From an uncultured Ruminococcus sp. (GTDB lineage Bacteria; Bacillota; Clostridia; Oscillospirales; Ruminococcaceae): DNA of 64,000 nt. The stretch is from contig CAMCRP010000006.1 of assembly GCA_945877315.1 (NCBI GenBank), positions 2,617 to 66,616 on the forward strand. Direction: 5' to 3'. The notes beneath the pieces were generated by a model that made no database searches, was not told where the DNA came from, and saw only the letters and a program-made list of their open reading frames with translations. Shown here in pieces: positions 17,272 through 29,511 of this stretch (position 1 is its first letter; each line of letters opens with the position of its first letter). The position numbers and the translations under genes were made by a program.

Positions 17272-18618
17272 ATGAAGAGAATAAAGCCGACAATGCAGTG
17301 TTTACCGAAAAAAACAGTATATGCCGACAGAGCGGACACCGACAAATTGATAAGATATGCCTTTGACAAAAGTATAAAAGCAAGCCGCATAAAAAGGCTT
17401 TTGGAGAATATCAGCAAGCAGGATCCGCGCTTTGAGCCTGATTACCCCCTGCTTATTGAAGCAATGACCGCTATGGGCGAAAGGGAAAAGCTGCGGGTGT
17501 TTATTGATAATTACGATAACAGCGGGATCTATCCGAATTCATCATTTATTCATGACAGAGATATTTTCCTTGAAGCTCTCGTGACATCTCTGATACTCGG
17601 AAAAACCGCTGTTATCGAGAAGCTGCTTTCGGAATATCTTTGTGTTGATTCGCAGTTTACCGATATTTATTATTGGATAGATGGGCAGCGCCCGTTTGAA
17701 TACGTTCCGCTGTATTATATTATGCTGACAAAGCGTTATGAATTTGTCCCCGTATATATGGAGCTTTTGAGCAGGAAGGCAGAAAACGGCAGGGATTCGG
17801 AATCTAAGGAGCGTGAGATACATATTGATGTTGACCTTATCTTCGTTTCCGCCCTGCTTTACGACGAACGGGAATTTGTAACTGCCATGCTTGACAGCGG
17901 CTATCGTCCCGAGGGTGAGGTATTTGCCGAGCTGGCTGCATATCCCGAGGTATTTGACGAATATCGCAAAAAATACTTTTCATATTATTTCCCCGAACGT
18001 AAGCGTCCGCCTAAGCAGAGGGATTTTATCAGCAAAATTTTTACGGAAGATGAGCGGTACAGCTTTGCCCGTCTGGTTTACGAGAAATTCGGCACGGAAA
18101 ATGCCGACAGATTTTTTGACAGTATAGATTTTCCGAAAATAACCTCCGTTAATGCTTCTACGCTTATTAACGCCCGAATTCGCAATATTACCCCCGATGG
18201 CAGCATAGCCTTCGGTGAAAGCTGCCTTTTGCGGTTTATAGATGACCCGCTGCGTATTGTGATGAATATGCTTAATATCTCCGTATTTATCAAGGATAAT
18301 GCACAGGCGTTTAAGGGGAGAGAGCTTATCTACGACATAAGAGGTTATGAGGATATGCTTGACCTTAACTTTTTGAGCGGGCTGCCAAACAGTGAGGTAA
18401 AGCTGTTTTTGAAGCAAAGGCTGCTGTTTGATTTTGGCGGTAAATGTCCTGCCTTTCTGCGGTCGCTTCTTTCACGAAACGATAAGACGCTTACTGCCCT
18501 TGCTGTTTCAAAGGGTATGATAACTCAGGAAAATCTCTCTGCCGTTACTGCTCATATTTCGGAAAATCATCTTTTTATTGCACTGAATGAGATACATAAA
18601 ACCTTTTTTCAGTGTTGA
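17272..18618 (+). CDS. Ankyrin-repeat-like paralog family member D (more diverged)
   Basis: Shares YYIMLTKRYEFVPVYMELL, VSALLYDEREFVTAMLDSGYRPEGE and LLSRNDKTLTALAVSKGMITQENLSAVTAHI with A-C. Start at MKRIK (GGTGG 8 nt upstream) rather than the ORF-track ATG. Confidence 0.7.
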   Translation: MKRIKPTMQCLPKKTVYADRADTDKLIRYAFDKSIKASRIKRLLENISKQDPRFEPDYPLLIEAMTAMGEREKLRVFIDNYDNSGIYPNSSFIHDRDIFLEALVTSLILGKTAVIEKLLSEYLCVDSQFTDIYYWIDGQRPFEYVPLYYIMLTKRYEFVPVYMELLSRKAENGRDSESKEREIHIDVDLIFVSALLYDEREFVTAMLDSGYRPEGEVFAELAAYPEVFDEYRKKYFSYYFPERKRPPKQRDFISKIFTEDERYSFARLVYEKFGTENADRFFDSIDFPKITSVNASTLINARIRNITPDGSIAFGESCLLRFIDDPLRIVMNMLNISVFIKDNAQAFKGRELIYDIRGYEDMLDLNFLSGLPNSEVKLFLKQRLLFDFGGKCPAFLRSLLSRNDKTLTALAVSKGMITQENLSAVTAHISENHLFIALNEIHKTFFQC

Positions 18619-18639
18619 GATTTGAAGATAATGTGGAAA

Positions 18640-18722
18640 GTTAGGGGAACACCCACCTAGATACGTCACTAAGGCAGCAAGAAAAATGAAATTATTGATT
18701 TAATCAGTGGTTCCTTAGTATA
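18640..18722. repeat. Second copy of the paralog-downstream element (GGGGAACACC...GATACGTCA..AAAATGAAATTATTGATTTAATCAGTGGTTCCTTA)
   Basis: About 90% identical to 1228..1310. Confidence 0.65.
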
Positions 18723-18727
18723 AAAAC

Positions 18728-18756
18728 TTCACTCTCCACTTTTCACTTTCCACATT
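18728..18756. repeat. GTGGAAAGTGAAAAGTGG-family repeat (reverse orientation)
   Basis: CTCCACTTTTCACTTTCCACAT. Confidence 0.65.
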
Positions 18757-18791
18757 ATCTAAAAAAATTATATCAACTTTACAAAAAACAC

Positions 18792-18820
18792 TTGACAGGA
18801 TAACGATTACATTGTAAAAT
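18792..18820 (+). promoter_or_regulatory. Sigma-A-like promoter for xylA (TTGACA-17-TAAAAT)
   Basis: CTTGACAGGATAACGATTACATTGTAAAAT, about 60 nt upstream of the xylA RBS AAGGAGG. Confidence 0.5.
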
Positions 18821-18880
18821 ATTATATAAAGGCAGTTTGGCTGCCGTTTAGTTCGTAAATTTTTAAGGAGGTTCATTCCA

Positions 18881-20206
18881 ATGAGCGAATTTTTCAAGAA
18901 CATAGGCAAGATCCCCTTTGAGGGCAAGGACAGCACCAATCCTCTGGCATTCAAATACTACAATCCCAACGAAGTTGTCGGCGGCAAGACTATGAAGGAG
19001 CAGCTTAGATTTGCTCTTTCCTGGTGGCACACTATGGGTGGCGACGGAACGGATATGTTCGGCTGCGGCACTGCCGATAAGAGCTGGGGAGAAACCGACC
19101 CCACCGCAAGAGCAAAGGCTAAGGTTGACGCTGCTTTCGAGATCATGGACAAGCTGTCCATCGAGTATTTCTGTTTCCACGACCGTGACCTCTCCCCCGA
19201 GTACGGTTCTCTGGCAGAAACAAACGCAAAACTTGATGAAATCACCGATTACATAAAGGCAAAAATGGACAAGGACCCCACCAAGAAGCTTCTCTGGGGT
19301 ACAGCTAAGTGCTTCGATCACCCCCGCTATATGCACGGTGCAGGCACATCTCCCTCCGCTGACGTTTTCGCATATGCTGCCGCACAGATCAAGAAGGCTG
19401 TTGAAGCTACCGTTAAGCTGGGCGGTCAGGGTTACGTTTTCTGGGGCGGACGTGAGGGCTACGAAACACTCCTGAACACCAACATGGCTCTGGAGCAGGA
19501 CAATATGGCTCGTCTGATGAAGATGACCGTTGACTATGCACGTTCCATCGGCTACAAGGGCGATTTCTACATCGAACCCAAGCCCAAGGAGCCTACAAAG
19601 CATCAGTATGACTTTGACACAGCTACCGTTCTGGGATTCCTCCGCAAGTACGGTCTGGACAAGGATTTCAAGATGAACATCGAAGCAAATCACGCTACAC
19701 TTGCACAGCACACCTTCCAGCACGAACTCCGTGTTGCAAGAGATAACGGCGTATTCGGTTCTATCGACGCTAATCAGGGCGATACACTTCTCGGTTGGGA
19801 CACTGACCAGTTCCCCACCAACGTTTACGATGCTGCACTCTGCATGTACGAGGTTCTCAAGGCAGGCGGCTTCACCAACGGCGGTCTGAACTTTGACTCC
19901 AAGGCAAGAAGAGGTTCCTACACTCCCGAGGATATCTTCCACAGCTACATCGCAGGTATGGACACATTTGCTCTCGGTCTGAAGATCGCACAGAAGATGA
20001 TCGACGACGGCAGAATTGACAAGTTCGTTGCCGACAGATACGCTTCCTGGACAACAGGCATCGGCAAGGACATCATCGACGGCAAGGTTTCCATGGCTGA
20101 CCTTGAAAAGTATGCTCTGGAAAAGGGTGAGGTTACCGATTCCCTCACAAGCGGCAGACAGGAAATGCTGGAGTCTATCCTTAACAATATTATGTTCAAT
20201 CTGTAA
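18881..20206 (+). CDS. xylA: Xylose isomerase
   Basis: 441 aa. N-terminus [41 protein letters not shown] and the metal-binding region are typical of class II XylA. Confidence 0.9.
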   Translation: MSEFFKNIGKIPFEGKDSTNPLAFKYYNPNEVVGGKTMKEQLRFALSWWHTMGGDGTDMFGCGTADKSWGETDPTARAKAKVDAAFEIMDKLSIEYFCFHDRDLSPEYGSLAETNAKLDEITDYIKAKMDKDPTKKLLWGTAKCFDHPRYMHGAGTSPSADVFAYAAAQIKKAVEATVKLGGQGYVFWGGREGYETLLNTNMALEQDNMARLMKMTVDYARSIGYKGDFYIEPKPKEPTKHQYDFDTATVLGFLRKYGLDKDFKMNIEANHATLAQHTFQHELRVARDNGVFGSIDANQGDTLLGWDTDQFPTNVYDAALCMYEVLKAGGFTNGGLNFDSKARRGSYTPEDIFHSYIAGMDTFALGLKIAQKMIDDGRIDKFVADRYASWTTGIGKDIIDGKVSMADLEKYALEKGEVTDSLTSGRQEMLESILNNIMFNL

Positions 20207-20319
20207 TTCGGTTTGACAAAAAACGTTTACACCTGATTGCATTAACACAATTATTAGCTTGATTTTCTGTCATGAAATATGATAGAATAATTATGCAGTG
20301 GGAATAAACGGTACTTATG

Positions 20320-20358
20320 GCCGCCGTCTGCTAAACTGCGGACGGCGGTGTTTTTAAT
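20320..20358 (+). terminator. Stem-loop plus T-tract between xylA and xylB (internal or partial terminator)
   Basis: GGCCGCCGTCTGC-TAAACT-GCGGACGGCGGTG followed by TTTTT. Confidence 0.5.
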
Positions 20359-20380
20359 ATTTAACAGGAGTTGATTTGAA

Positions 20381-21904
20381 ATGAAGTACGCTATTGGTGT
20401 TGACATCGGAACAAGCGGCACAAAAACCGTCCTCTTTGACGAAAAGGGAACAGTTATCGCCTCGGCAACGGTGGAATATCCCATGTATCAGCCGAAAAAC
20501 GGCTATGCCGAGCAGGACCCCGCCGACTGGTACAATGCTGCCGTTTCCACCATGAAAACCGTTATGGAAAAGAGCGGCGTTGACAAGAACGACGTCTGCG
20601 GAATCGGTCTGTCGGGTCAGATGCACGGACTTGTTATGCTGGACGAGCAGAACAGCGTCATCAGAAAGTCAATCATCTGGTGCGACCAGAGAACCGCCAA
20701 GGAAGTTGACGAGATGAACGAAAAGCTGGGACGTGAAAAGCTTATCGAGATCACCGCAAACCCCGCTCTCACAGGCTGGACAGCCGCAAAAATTCTCTGG
20801 GTAAAGAACAACGAACCCGAAAATTACGCTAAATGCCGTCACATTCTCCTGCCTAAGGATTACATCAGATTTATGCTCACAGGCGTTTATGCAACCGAGG
20901 TTTCCGATGCTTCGGGAATGCAGCTTTTAGACGTTCCCAACCGCTGCTGGAGCAAGGAGGTCTGCGATACTCTGGGCATTGATATGTCCATGCTGGCAAA
21001 GGTTTACGAGTCCTGCGAGGTAACAGGCTATATCACCAAGGAAATCGCCGATATTACAGGACTCAAGGAAGGCACTCCCGTTGTGGGCGGTGCGGGCGAT
21101 AATGCGGCGGCTGCCGTTGGCACGGGCGTTGTGGAGGACGGAAAGGCGTTCACCACTATTGGCACAAGCGGCGTTGTTTTTGCGCATACATCAAAGGTTT
21201 CCATAGACCCCAAGGGACGTGTTCACACCTGCTGCGCGGCTGTTCCCGGCTGCTGGCATATTATGGGCGTTACACAGGGCGCAGGTCTGTCCCTGAAATG
21301 GTTCAGAGATAATTTCTGTTCCGCAGAAAAGGACACCGCAAAGCTTATGGGCGTTGACGAATACTATCTCATGGACAAGGAAGCGGAAACCGTTCCCATC
21401 GGCGCAGACAGGTTGCTATATCTGCCCTACCTCATGGGCGAAAGAACACCTCACCTTGACCCCGATGCAAGAGGAATGTTCTTCGGACTGTCCGCTATGC
21501 ACACAAAGAAGCATATGCTCCGTGCGGTAATGGAGGGCGTTGCGTATTCGCTCCGTGACTGCGTTGAAATTTGCCGTGAAATGGACATTAACGTTTCCGA
21601 TATGATGGCTTGCGGCGGTGGCGGAAGCTCTCCCCTGTGGCGTCAGATGCTTGCCGACCTGTATGCTTGTCCTGTAAAGACCGCTTCTTCCAAGGAGGGT
21701 CCTGCTTTGGGCGTGGCTATTCTGGCGTTCGTGGGTGCGGGCGTTTACAAGAGCGTTCCCGAGGCTTGCAAGGCTATTGTGGGCGTTGACAAGGTTCAGC
21801 AGCCTGTTGCCGAAAATGTTCCCGTTTACGAGAAATATTTCAGACTGTATGACGAGATATATCCCGCTGTTAAGGAGAAATGCGCTAAGCTGGCGAAGCT
21901 GTAA
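20381..21904 (+). CDS. xylB: Xylulokinase (FGGY carbohydrate kinase)
   Basis: N-terminus MKYAIGVDIGTSGTKTVLFDEKG, typical of FGGY kinases. Length 507 aa. Immediately downstream of xylA. Confidence 0.8.
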   Translation: MKYAIGVDIGTSGTKTVLFDEKGTVIASATVEYPMYQPKNGYAEQDPADWYNAAVSTMKTVMEKSGVDKNDVCGIGLSGQMHGLVMLDEQNSVIRKSIIWCDQRTAKEVDEMNEKLGREKLIEITANPALTGWTAAKILWVKNNEPENYAKCRHILLPKDYIRFMLTGVYATEVSDASGMQLLDVPNRCWSKEVCDTLGIDMSMLAKVYESCEVTGYITKEIADITGLKEGTPVVGGAGDNAAAAVGTGVVEDGKAFTTIGTSGVVFAHTSKVSIDPKGRVHTCCAAVPGCWHIMGVTQGAGLSLKWFRDNFCSAEKDTAKLMGVDEYYLMDKEAETVPIGADRLLYLPYLMGERTPHLDPDARGMFFGLSAMHTKKHMLRAVMEGVAYSLRDCVEICREMDINVSDMMACGGGGSSPLWRQMLADLYACPVKTASSKEGPALGVAILAFVGAGVYKSVPEACKAIVGVDKVQQPVAENVPVYEKYFRLYDEIYPAVKEKCAKLAKL

Positions 21905-21932
21905 ATTTCCGAAATTTCCATAAAAATATGTA

Positions 21933-21965
21933 CCCCGACACTCGAAAAAAGTGTCGGGGCTTTTC
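21933..21965. terminator. Bidirectional stem-loop terminator (CCCCGACACT-CGAAAAAAG-TGTCGGGGCTTTT)
   Basis: Between xylB (+) and vapC (-). Confidence 0.6.
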
Positions 21966-21980
21966 ACAATAAATATTAGC

Positions 21981-22409
21981 TCACTCCGCATTATTTTGCT
22001 CAAACAAATCAAGAAAATCCTTTGTTGTGCAAACCGAAACCGCCGATTTTACATAATCCTTGATATTTCTTGTTACAATGTACTCCATTCCCGTCCGCAG
22101 GGCAGTTTCAGACATAACAGCATCTTCATAATCCGATATTTCGGAAGATATTGCTTTTAGGCAATCAAGTCCCGCAGAATCTATCGGCTCGAAAATTACA
22201 AAAAGGTTTGAAAGTATCTTTCGGGTATCCTTATCGCTGTGAGTTGCACGATGAATAAGGTAGTAGATATCCGTTACGGACTTTGCCGTAATGAACCCGT
22301 CAAAGCGTTTGTTTGCAGCCAAAATAAATATTTTCTCGGCATCGTCTTTAAACGGCTCACGGGATTGCAGAGCATCAATTATCACACAGGTGTCAATAAG
22401 CACTCTCAT
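21981..22409 (-). CDS. vapC: PIN-domain toxin (VapC family)
   Basis: MRVLIDTCVIIDAL...DGFITAKSVTDIYYL: PIN acidic residues are present. Overlaps the upstream antitoxin gene by 4 bp. Confidence 0.75.
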   Translation of the reverse strand: MRVLIDTCVIIDALQSREPFKDDAEKIFILAANKRFDGFITAKSVTDIYYLIHRATHSDKDTRKILSNLFVIFEPIDSAGLDCLKAISSEISDYEDAVMSETALRTGMEYIVTRNIKDYVKSAVSVCTTKDFLDLFEQNNAE

Positions 22410-22627
22410 ATTTTGCCGAGCCTTTCTTCCCTTGCCTCTTCAAGGGTGACATCGGAAGGAATGACACCAAAAAGCGACCTAGCCGCATCAACACGATCCT
22501 GATAAGGGTTAGTCAGCTTTGCTATGACCTTGCCGTTTCGTGTAATGAATACGTCCTCTGTCTGCGCAAGCAATAAGTATTTGCTTAGATTTAATTCCAG
22601 TTCAGCTGTTGTTATGGACATATGCAC
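22406..22627 (-). CDS. Phd/YefM-family antitoxin
   Basis: ITTAELELNLSKYLLLAQTEDVFITRNGKVIAKL matches the Phd/YefM N-terminal fold signature. 73 aa. Confidence 0.7.
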   Translation of the reverse strand: MHMSITTAELELNLSKYLLLAQTEDVFITRNGKVIAKLTNPYQDRVDAARSLFGVIPSDVTLEEAREERLGKI

Positions 22628-22733
22628 CTTTCCTTTCCGATATGTATTTTCACTATTATTATACCTTAATCACACAAATATGTCAATAAAAATATGTACC
22701 CCTGCATCAAAACTATGCAGGGGCTTCTCATTT

Positions 22734-24122
22734 TCAGAGGATAGGACAGCACTCGTAATCGCTGTCAATATAATGGGCAATAAATCTCGCACGGAAATGT
22801 CTTTCGGTACACATAGAAACAGCCGCAGTTTCGTCCTCGGGAAGGACAAATTTTATGCAGCGGACAAGAACATCACGACAGCTTGCACATGTGTGGGCGG
22901 GGATAGTCATAGTCTTTACCCCTCGCTTATGCTCAACGCCCTGCGCGTCCACCTCGGTAACGATAGCCGCAAGAGCCACACGCATGTTGGGACAAACGCC
23001 CCTCAGAGTCGCATCAAGGAGAAGAATGCGTCCCTGAGAGCTGAGTTCAACATCGCCTGCGTCATATTCGATAAAATCATTGCAGCCGTCTATCTCAATG
23101 TCAACAGGCTCGGGACATTCCTCGGGTGTAATGACGGTTCCGCAGTCAACGTTTATGACGGGGGACGGGAAATCTGTCGAATTGCCCTCGGCGTCGCTGT
23201 AATCAAGGTCGGCATTTACCTCAATATCTCCCGAACACTGACCGAGATGCAGAACGTCAAACTCCAGCTCCGCACCCTCGCTGCCGCTGACACCCAGAGA
23301 AGCTATCTTCCACTCAACGGTGCTTTGGTCAACAAGAGTCGCCGTTCCCTTTGTAGGTGCGGAAACGGAGGTTATGCGGAAACAGGGGGAAAGCGTGTCC
23401 CGAAGAACTATATCCGTTGCGCCGGGCTTTGAAATGTTTTGGGCAAGGTCCTCGAAAAGCTGTTCAAGCTCAGATTCATCGGGGGTTATGGCAACATAGG
23501 AGGAAGGAGGCGAGGACGCCCAGCTGTTCAGTGCCTGAACGTCAATGCCGTCGCTGCCAACCAGCCCGATAACGTAGATAGTAACGCCCTGTGCCTTTGC
23601 AGCCGCCGCAATAGGTTCGGGGTCGCCGCCTGCGGTGGTGTTTCCGTCGGTGAACATTACCATAACCTTGGCGTTTGCAGACTGCGGGTCAAAGAGGGCA
23701 AGTGCCTTTTCAAAGGCGTCACGGTGATTGGTGTTTCCGTTTGCCGTAAGGGAATCAACAGCCGTTTTCAGGTCGGCAACGGAGGTTATAAGCTGTGTGT
23801 CCTGAGTGGCTGTATTGGCAAAGCTGACTATTCCGATATGGCTTCCGCCGCCTATCTGACCGTCCTGTGAGCTGTCGGTGGCTTCGTCAATGATGTCGAT
23901 AAAGGTTTTCGCCCCCGCTTTCAGGCTTGCAAGGGGAGTTCCCCTCATGCTCCCCGAACGGTCAAGGATAAGCACGATATCCGTGGGATTTTCGGAAATA
24001 TCAGGCTCAGCCGTCAGGGAAAGCTTTATTTTGAAGGAGCCGCCGCAGACAATGCTGTCGGTGCTCAGTTCCTTGTTTGAATAGGTTATACCCATTGATA
24101 GATTCGACCTTTCTAAGCCCAT
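22734..24122 (-). CDS. VWA-domain protein with Cys-rich C-terminal region
   Basis: MIDAS DIVLILDRSGSM. IGIVSFANTATQ and MVMFTDGNTTAGGDP complete the VWA fold. C-terminal part CGTVITPEECPEP...CNDF. Confidence 0.65.
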   Translation of the reverse strand: MGLERSNLSMGITYSNKELSTDSIVCGGSFKIKLSLTAEPDISENPTDIVLILDRSGSMRGTPLASLKAGAKTFIDIIDEATDSSQDGQIGGGSHIGIVSFANTATQDTQLITSVADLKTAVDSLTANGNTNHRDAFEKALALFDPQSANAKVMVMFTDGNTTAGGDPEPIAAAAKAQGVTIYVIGLVGSDGIDVQALNSWASSPPSSYVAITPDESELEQLFEDLAQNISKPGATDIVLRDTLSPCFRITSVSAPTKGTATLVDQSTVEWKIASLGVSGSEGAELEFDVLHLGQCSGDIEVNADLDYSDAEGNSTDFPSPVINVDCGTVITPEECPEPVDIEIDGCNDFIEYDAGDVELSSQGRILLLDATLRGVCPNMRVALAAIVTEVDAQGVEHKRGVKTMTIPAHTCASCRDVLVRCIKFVLPEDETAAVSMCTERHFRARFIAHYIDSDYECCPIL

Positions 24123-24162
24123 TTCGGACTTAGTACATTTTATGCCAAATTTGTGGGATTGC

Positions 24163-24238
24163 TACATTTCAATGTGAAAAGTGGAAAGTGAAAAGTGAAG
24201 TTATTGGAAAATCCAAATTCAACTTTTCACTTTCCACT
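24163..24238. repeat. Inverted pair of GTGAAAAGTGGAAAGTGAAAAGTG repeats (hairpin-forming)
   Basis: TGTGAAAAGTGGAAAGTGAAAAGTGAAG ... CAACTTTTCACTTTCCACTTTGCACA. Confidence 0.7.
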
Positions 24239-24270
24239 TTGCACATTTTTTTTAAAACTTTCTATTGCAA

Positions 24271-24299
24271 TTTCACCCGAAATGTGGTATGATATTATA
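24271..24299 (+). promoter_or_regulatory. Sigma-A-like promoter for carB (TTGCAA-17-TATGAT, TG-extended)
   Basis: TTGCAATTTCACCCGAAATGTGGTATGAT. Confidence 0.45.
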
Positions 24300-24346
24300 G
24301 AATAAAAATGCCGACAAACGGTAAATAAATAACAGGGAGATTTATT

Positions 24347-27568
<3,222 letters not shown>

Positions 27569-27584
27569 ATAAATAAAGCATAAG

Positions 27585-27613
27585 CAATCAGCCGCCGAGA
27601 AAAATCTCGGCGG
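27585..27613 (+). terminator. Rho-independent terminator of carB (AGCCGCCGAGA-AAAAT-CTCGGCGGCTTTTT)
   Basis: Perfect stem plus T-run. Confidence 0.8.
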
Positions 27614-27619
27614 CTTTTT

Positions 27620-27910
27620 AAAAGCAAAAATATAAAAGTTTCGTCCACCTTTTCAAAGGTGGCGGGGTCGAGGGGCAGAGCCCCCGTCGCCTCCGCAGAG
27701 GCGAAATCCCCGAAGCTAACAGCCCCGGCAAAGCAATAATAAAACGCACAAAAGCAACAGTCCCAAAAAGCACCGCACACAAACAAAACAGTAAAGCATC
27801 AAACTCACGACAATCACAAAAGCAAAGAAAACCAACTCCGTGTGCGGTGCTTCGTGAAAAATTTGTAAGGCGTTCACGCCTTACGAATTTTTCACACCGT
27901 CGACAGGCGG
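27620..27910 (-). repeat. ~300-bp composite repeat element, copy 1 (inverted relative to the copy at 52590..52900)
   Basis: Contains the palindrome GTGAAAAATTCGTAAGGCGTGAACGCCTTACAAATTTTTCAC, GTGTGCGGTGC motifs and the GGGGATTTCGCCTCTGCGGAGGCGAC..CTGCCCCTCGACCCCGC hairpin. Roughly 85-90% identical by eye to 52590..52900. Confidence 0.65.
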
Positions 27911-28017
27911 CAAAAGGGTACTCACAAACCCGCCAAAAACAGCGAATTATTGTATTGAACAGCACTTGATTTTTCTTTGCTTATGTGGTATAATATCCGC
28001 AGAAAGGAGCTGATATA

Positions 28018-28287
28018 ATGAGCAATACTAAACACCCATTAAACTGCGAAAATCTCCATAATATAAATGTGTTTAGTATGAGAGAAATCGCTTACAGCAT
28101 TTTCGACAGGCTTTCCGATGAACAGATAGAAGGTTTTATTCTTATGTTCGGAAATAGTTCTGAAAAGCAGGATATGCACAGAAACGAAACTCTCAAAGTC
28201 CTCGATGATGTCAGAAACGGCAGAAATATGAGTGCTTCTTTCAGCTCAGTAAAGGAGCTTATGGAGGATCTCAATGCTGACGATTAA
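28018..28287 (+). CDS. RelB/DinJ-family antitoxin
   Basis: 89-aa protein. The downstream YafQ toxin gene overlaps it by 14 bp. Promoter TTGATT-17-TGTGGTATAAT upstream. Confidence 0.6.
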   Translation: MSNTKHPLNCENLHNINVFSMREIAYSIFDRLSDEQIEGFILMFGNSSEKQDMHRNETLKVLDDVRNGRNMSASFSSVKELMEDLNADD

Positions 28288-28546
28288 GTATCATAAGTCA
28301 TTTAAGAAGGACTATAAACTTATTGTAAAGCGTGGATATAACATTTCGCTGCTTGAGGAAGTTATCGGTATGCTTGCCAATGAAGAAACTCTTCCCGAAA
28401 AGTATCGTGACCACGACATCAGAGGCGAATACGAGGGATTCAGAGAGTGCCACATTCTCCCCGATTGGCTGTTGATATATCGCATAGAGAATGGCGGTAT
28501 TACGCTTGCTTTGGCAAGAACAGGTTCTCACAGTGACCTGTTCTAA
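28274..28546 (+). CDS. yafQ: YafQ-family mRNA interferase toxin (RelE/ParE superfamily)
   Basis: YRDHDIRGEYEGFRECHILPDWLLIYRIENGGITLALARTGSHSDLF matches the YafQ C-terminal signature (KDH..G.Y....H..PDWLLIY..RTG.H..LF). Confidence 0.75.
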   Translation: MLTIKYHKSFKKDYKLIVKRGYNISLLEEVIGMLANEETLPEKYRDHDIRGEYEGFRECHILPDWLLIYRIENGGITLALARTGSHSDLF

Positions 28547-28597
28547 AAATTTATTTAATAACTGATTACCCTTTCAATTGCAAATTTACAAAATAAT

Positions 28598-28632
28598 TTA
28601 TCCGCCGAGAAATATTTCGGCGGATTTTTTTA
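28598..28632 (+). terminator. Rho-independent terminator (TCCGCCGAGA-AATATT-TCGGCGGATTTTTTT)
   Basis: Stem plus T-run. Confidence 0.75.
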
Positions 28633-28692
28633 AAAACCCCTTGACATTGACGTTACGTCATAGTATATAATGCAATACAGGAGGGAAAACCA

Positions 28693-29436
28693 ATGAAAAT
28701 GCTTATTAACGAAATCGCAAAGCTTGCTGATGTAAGTGTGCGCACACTTCATTACTATGACGAGATTGGACTGCTGAAGCCGTCCGCTGTTGACGAACAG
28801 AACGGCTACCGTTTCTACGATGAAAACTCTCTGGAACGGCTGCAGGCTATACTCTTTTACCGTGAGCTGGATTTTCCGCTGAAGGACATTTCAAAGCTGC
28901 TTTCCTCTCCGAATTACGACAGGAGCAAGGCACTCACAGAGCAAAAGCATCTGCTGACGCTGAAAAAAGAGCGTATGGAACGGCTTATTTTCGCTCTTGA
29001 CAGCCTGATGAAAGGAGAAAACACTATGGATTTTAAGGCATTCGATAACAGCGAGTTTGAAGCTGCCCGTGAAAAATATGCGGCAGAAGCAAAGGAAAAA
29101 TGGGGGAACACGGACGCATACAAGGAGCATTCCGCAAAAACGTCCGCATATTCCGGGGAAAAATGGGCGGAGGTGAACAGCGGTATGGAGGCGATCATGA
29201 AGGAATTTGCAGAGTGTAAGCTCAGCGGTGCAGCTCCCGAGGACGCAGCTGCACAGTACCTTGTGAAGAAGTGGCAGGATTTCATCACGAAAAATCATTA
29301 CACCTGCACAAAGGAGATTCTTGCAGGTCTGGGCGAAATGTACTCCGCAGATGAACGCTTTACCGCAAACATCGACAAATACGGCGAAGGCACAGCACAG
29401 TTTATGACTGACGCTATCAGAGCATATTGCCGCTAA
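28693..29436 (+). CDS. MerR-family transcriptional regulator with TipAS-like C-terminal domain
   Basis: IAKLADVSVRTLHYYDEIGLL...NGYRFYDE is a MerR helix-turn-helix. The C-terminal ~140 aa resembles the TipAS effector domain. Confidence 0.75.
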   Translation: MKMLINEIAKLADVSVRTLHYYDEIGLLKPSAVDEQNGYRFYDENSLERLQAILFYRELDFPLKDISKLLSSPNYDRSKALTEQKHLLTLKKERMERLIFALDSLMKGENTMDFKAFDNSEFEAAREKYAAEAKEKWGNTDAYKEHSAKTSAYSGEKWAEVNSGMEAIMKEFAECKLSGAAPEDAAAQYLVKKWQDFITKNHYTCTKEILAGLGEMYSADERFTANIDKYGEGTAQFMTDAIRAYCR

Positions 29437-29458
29437 ATGTTGAAAACCGCACAAAAAC

Positions 29459-29497
29459 AGCCCCCGAAGTCAGCCAAAATGACTTCGGGGGCTTTGC
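29459..29497. terminator. Bidirectional terminator (CAGCCCCCGAAGTCA-GCCAAAA-TGACTTCGGGGGCTTTG)
   Basis: Between merR-like (+) and the TPM gene (-). Confidence 0.7.
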
Positions 29498-29511
29498 ATA
29501 TTCACGAAAAA

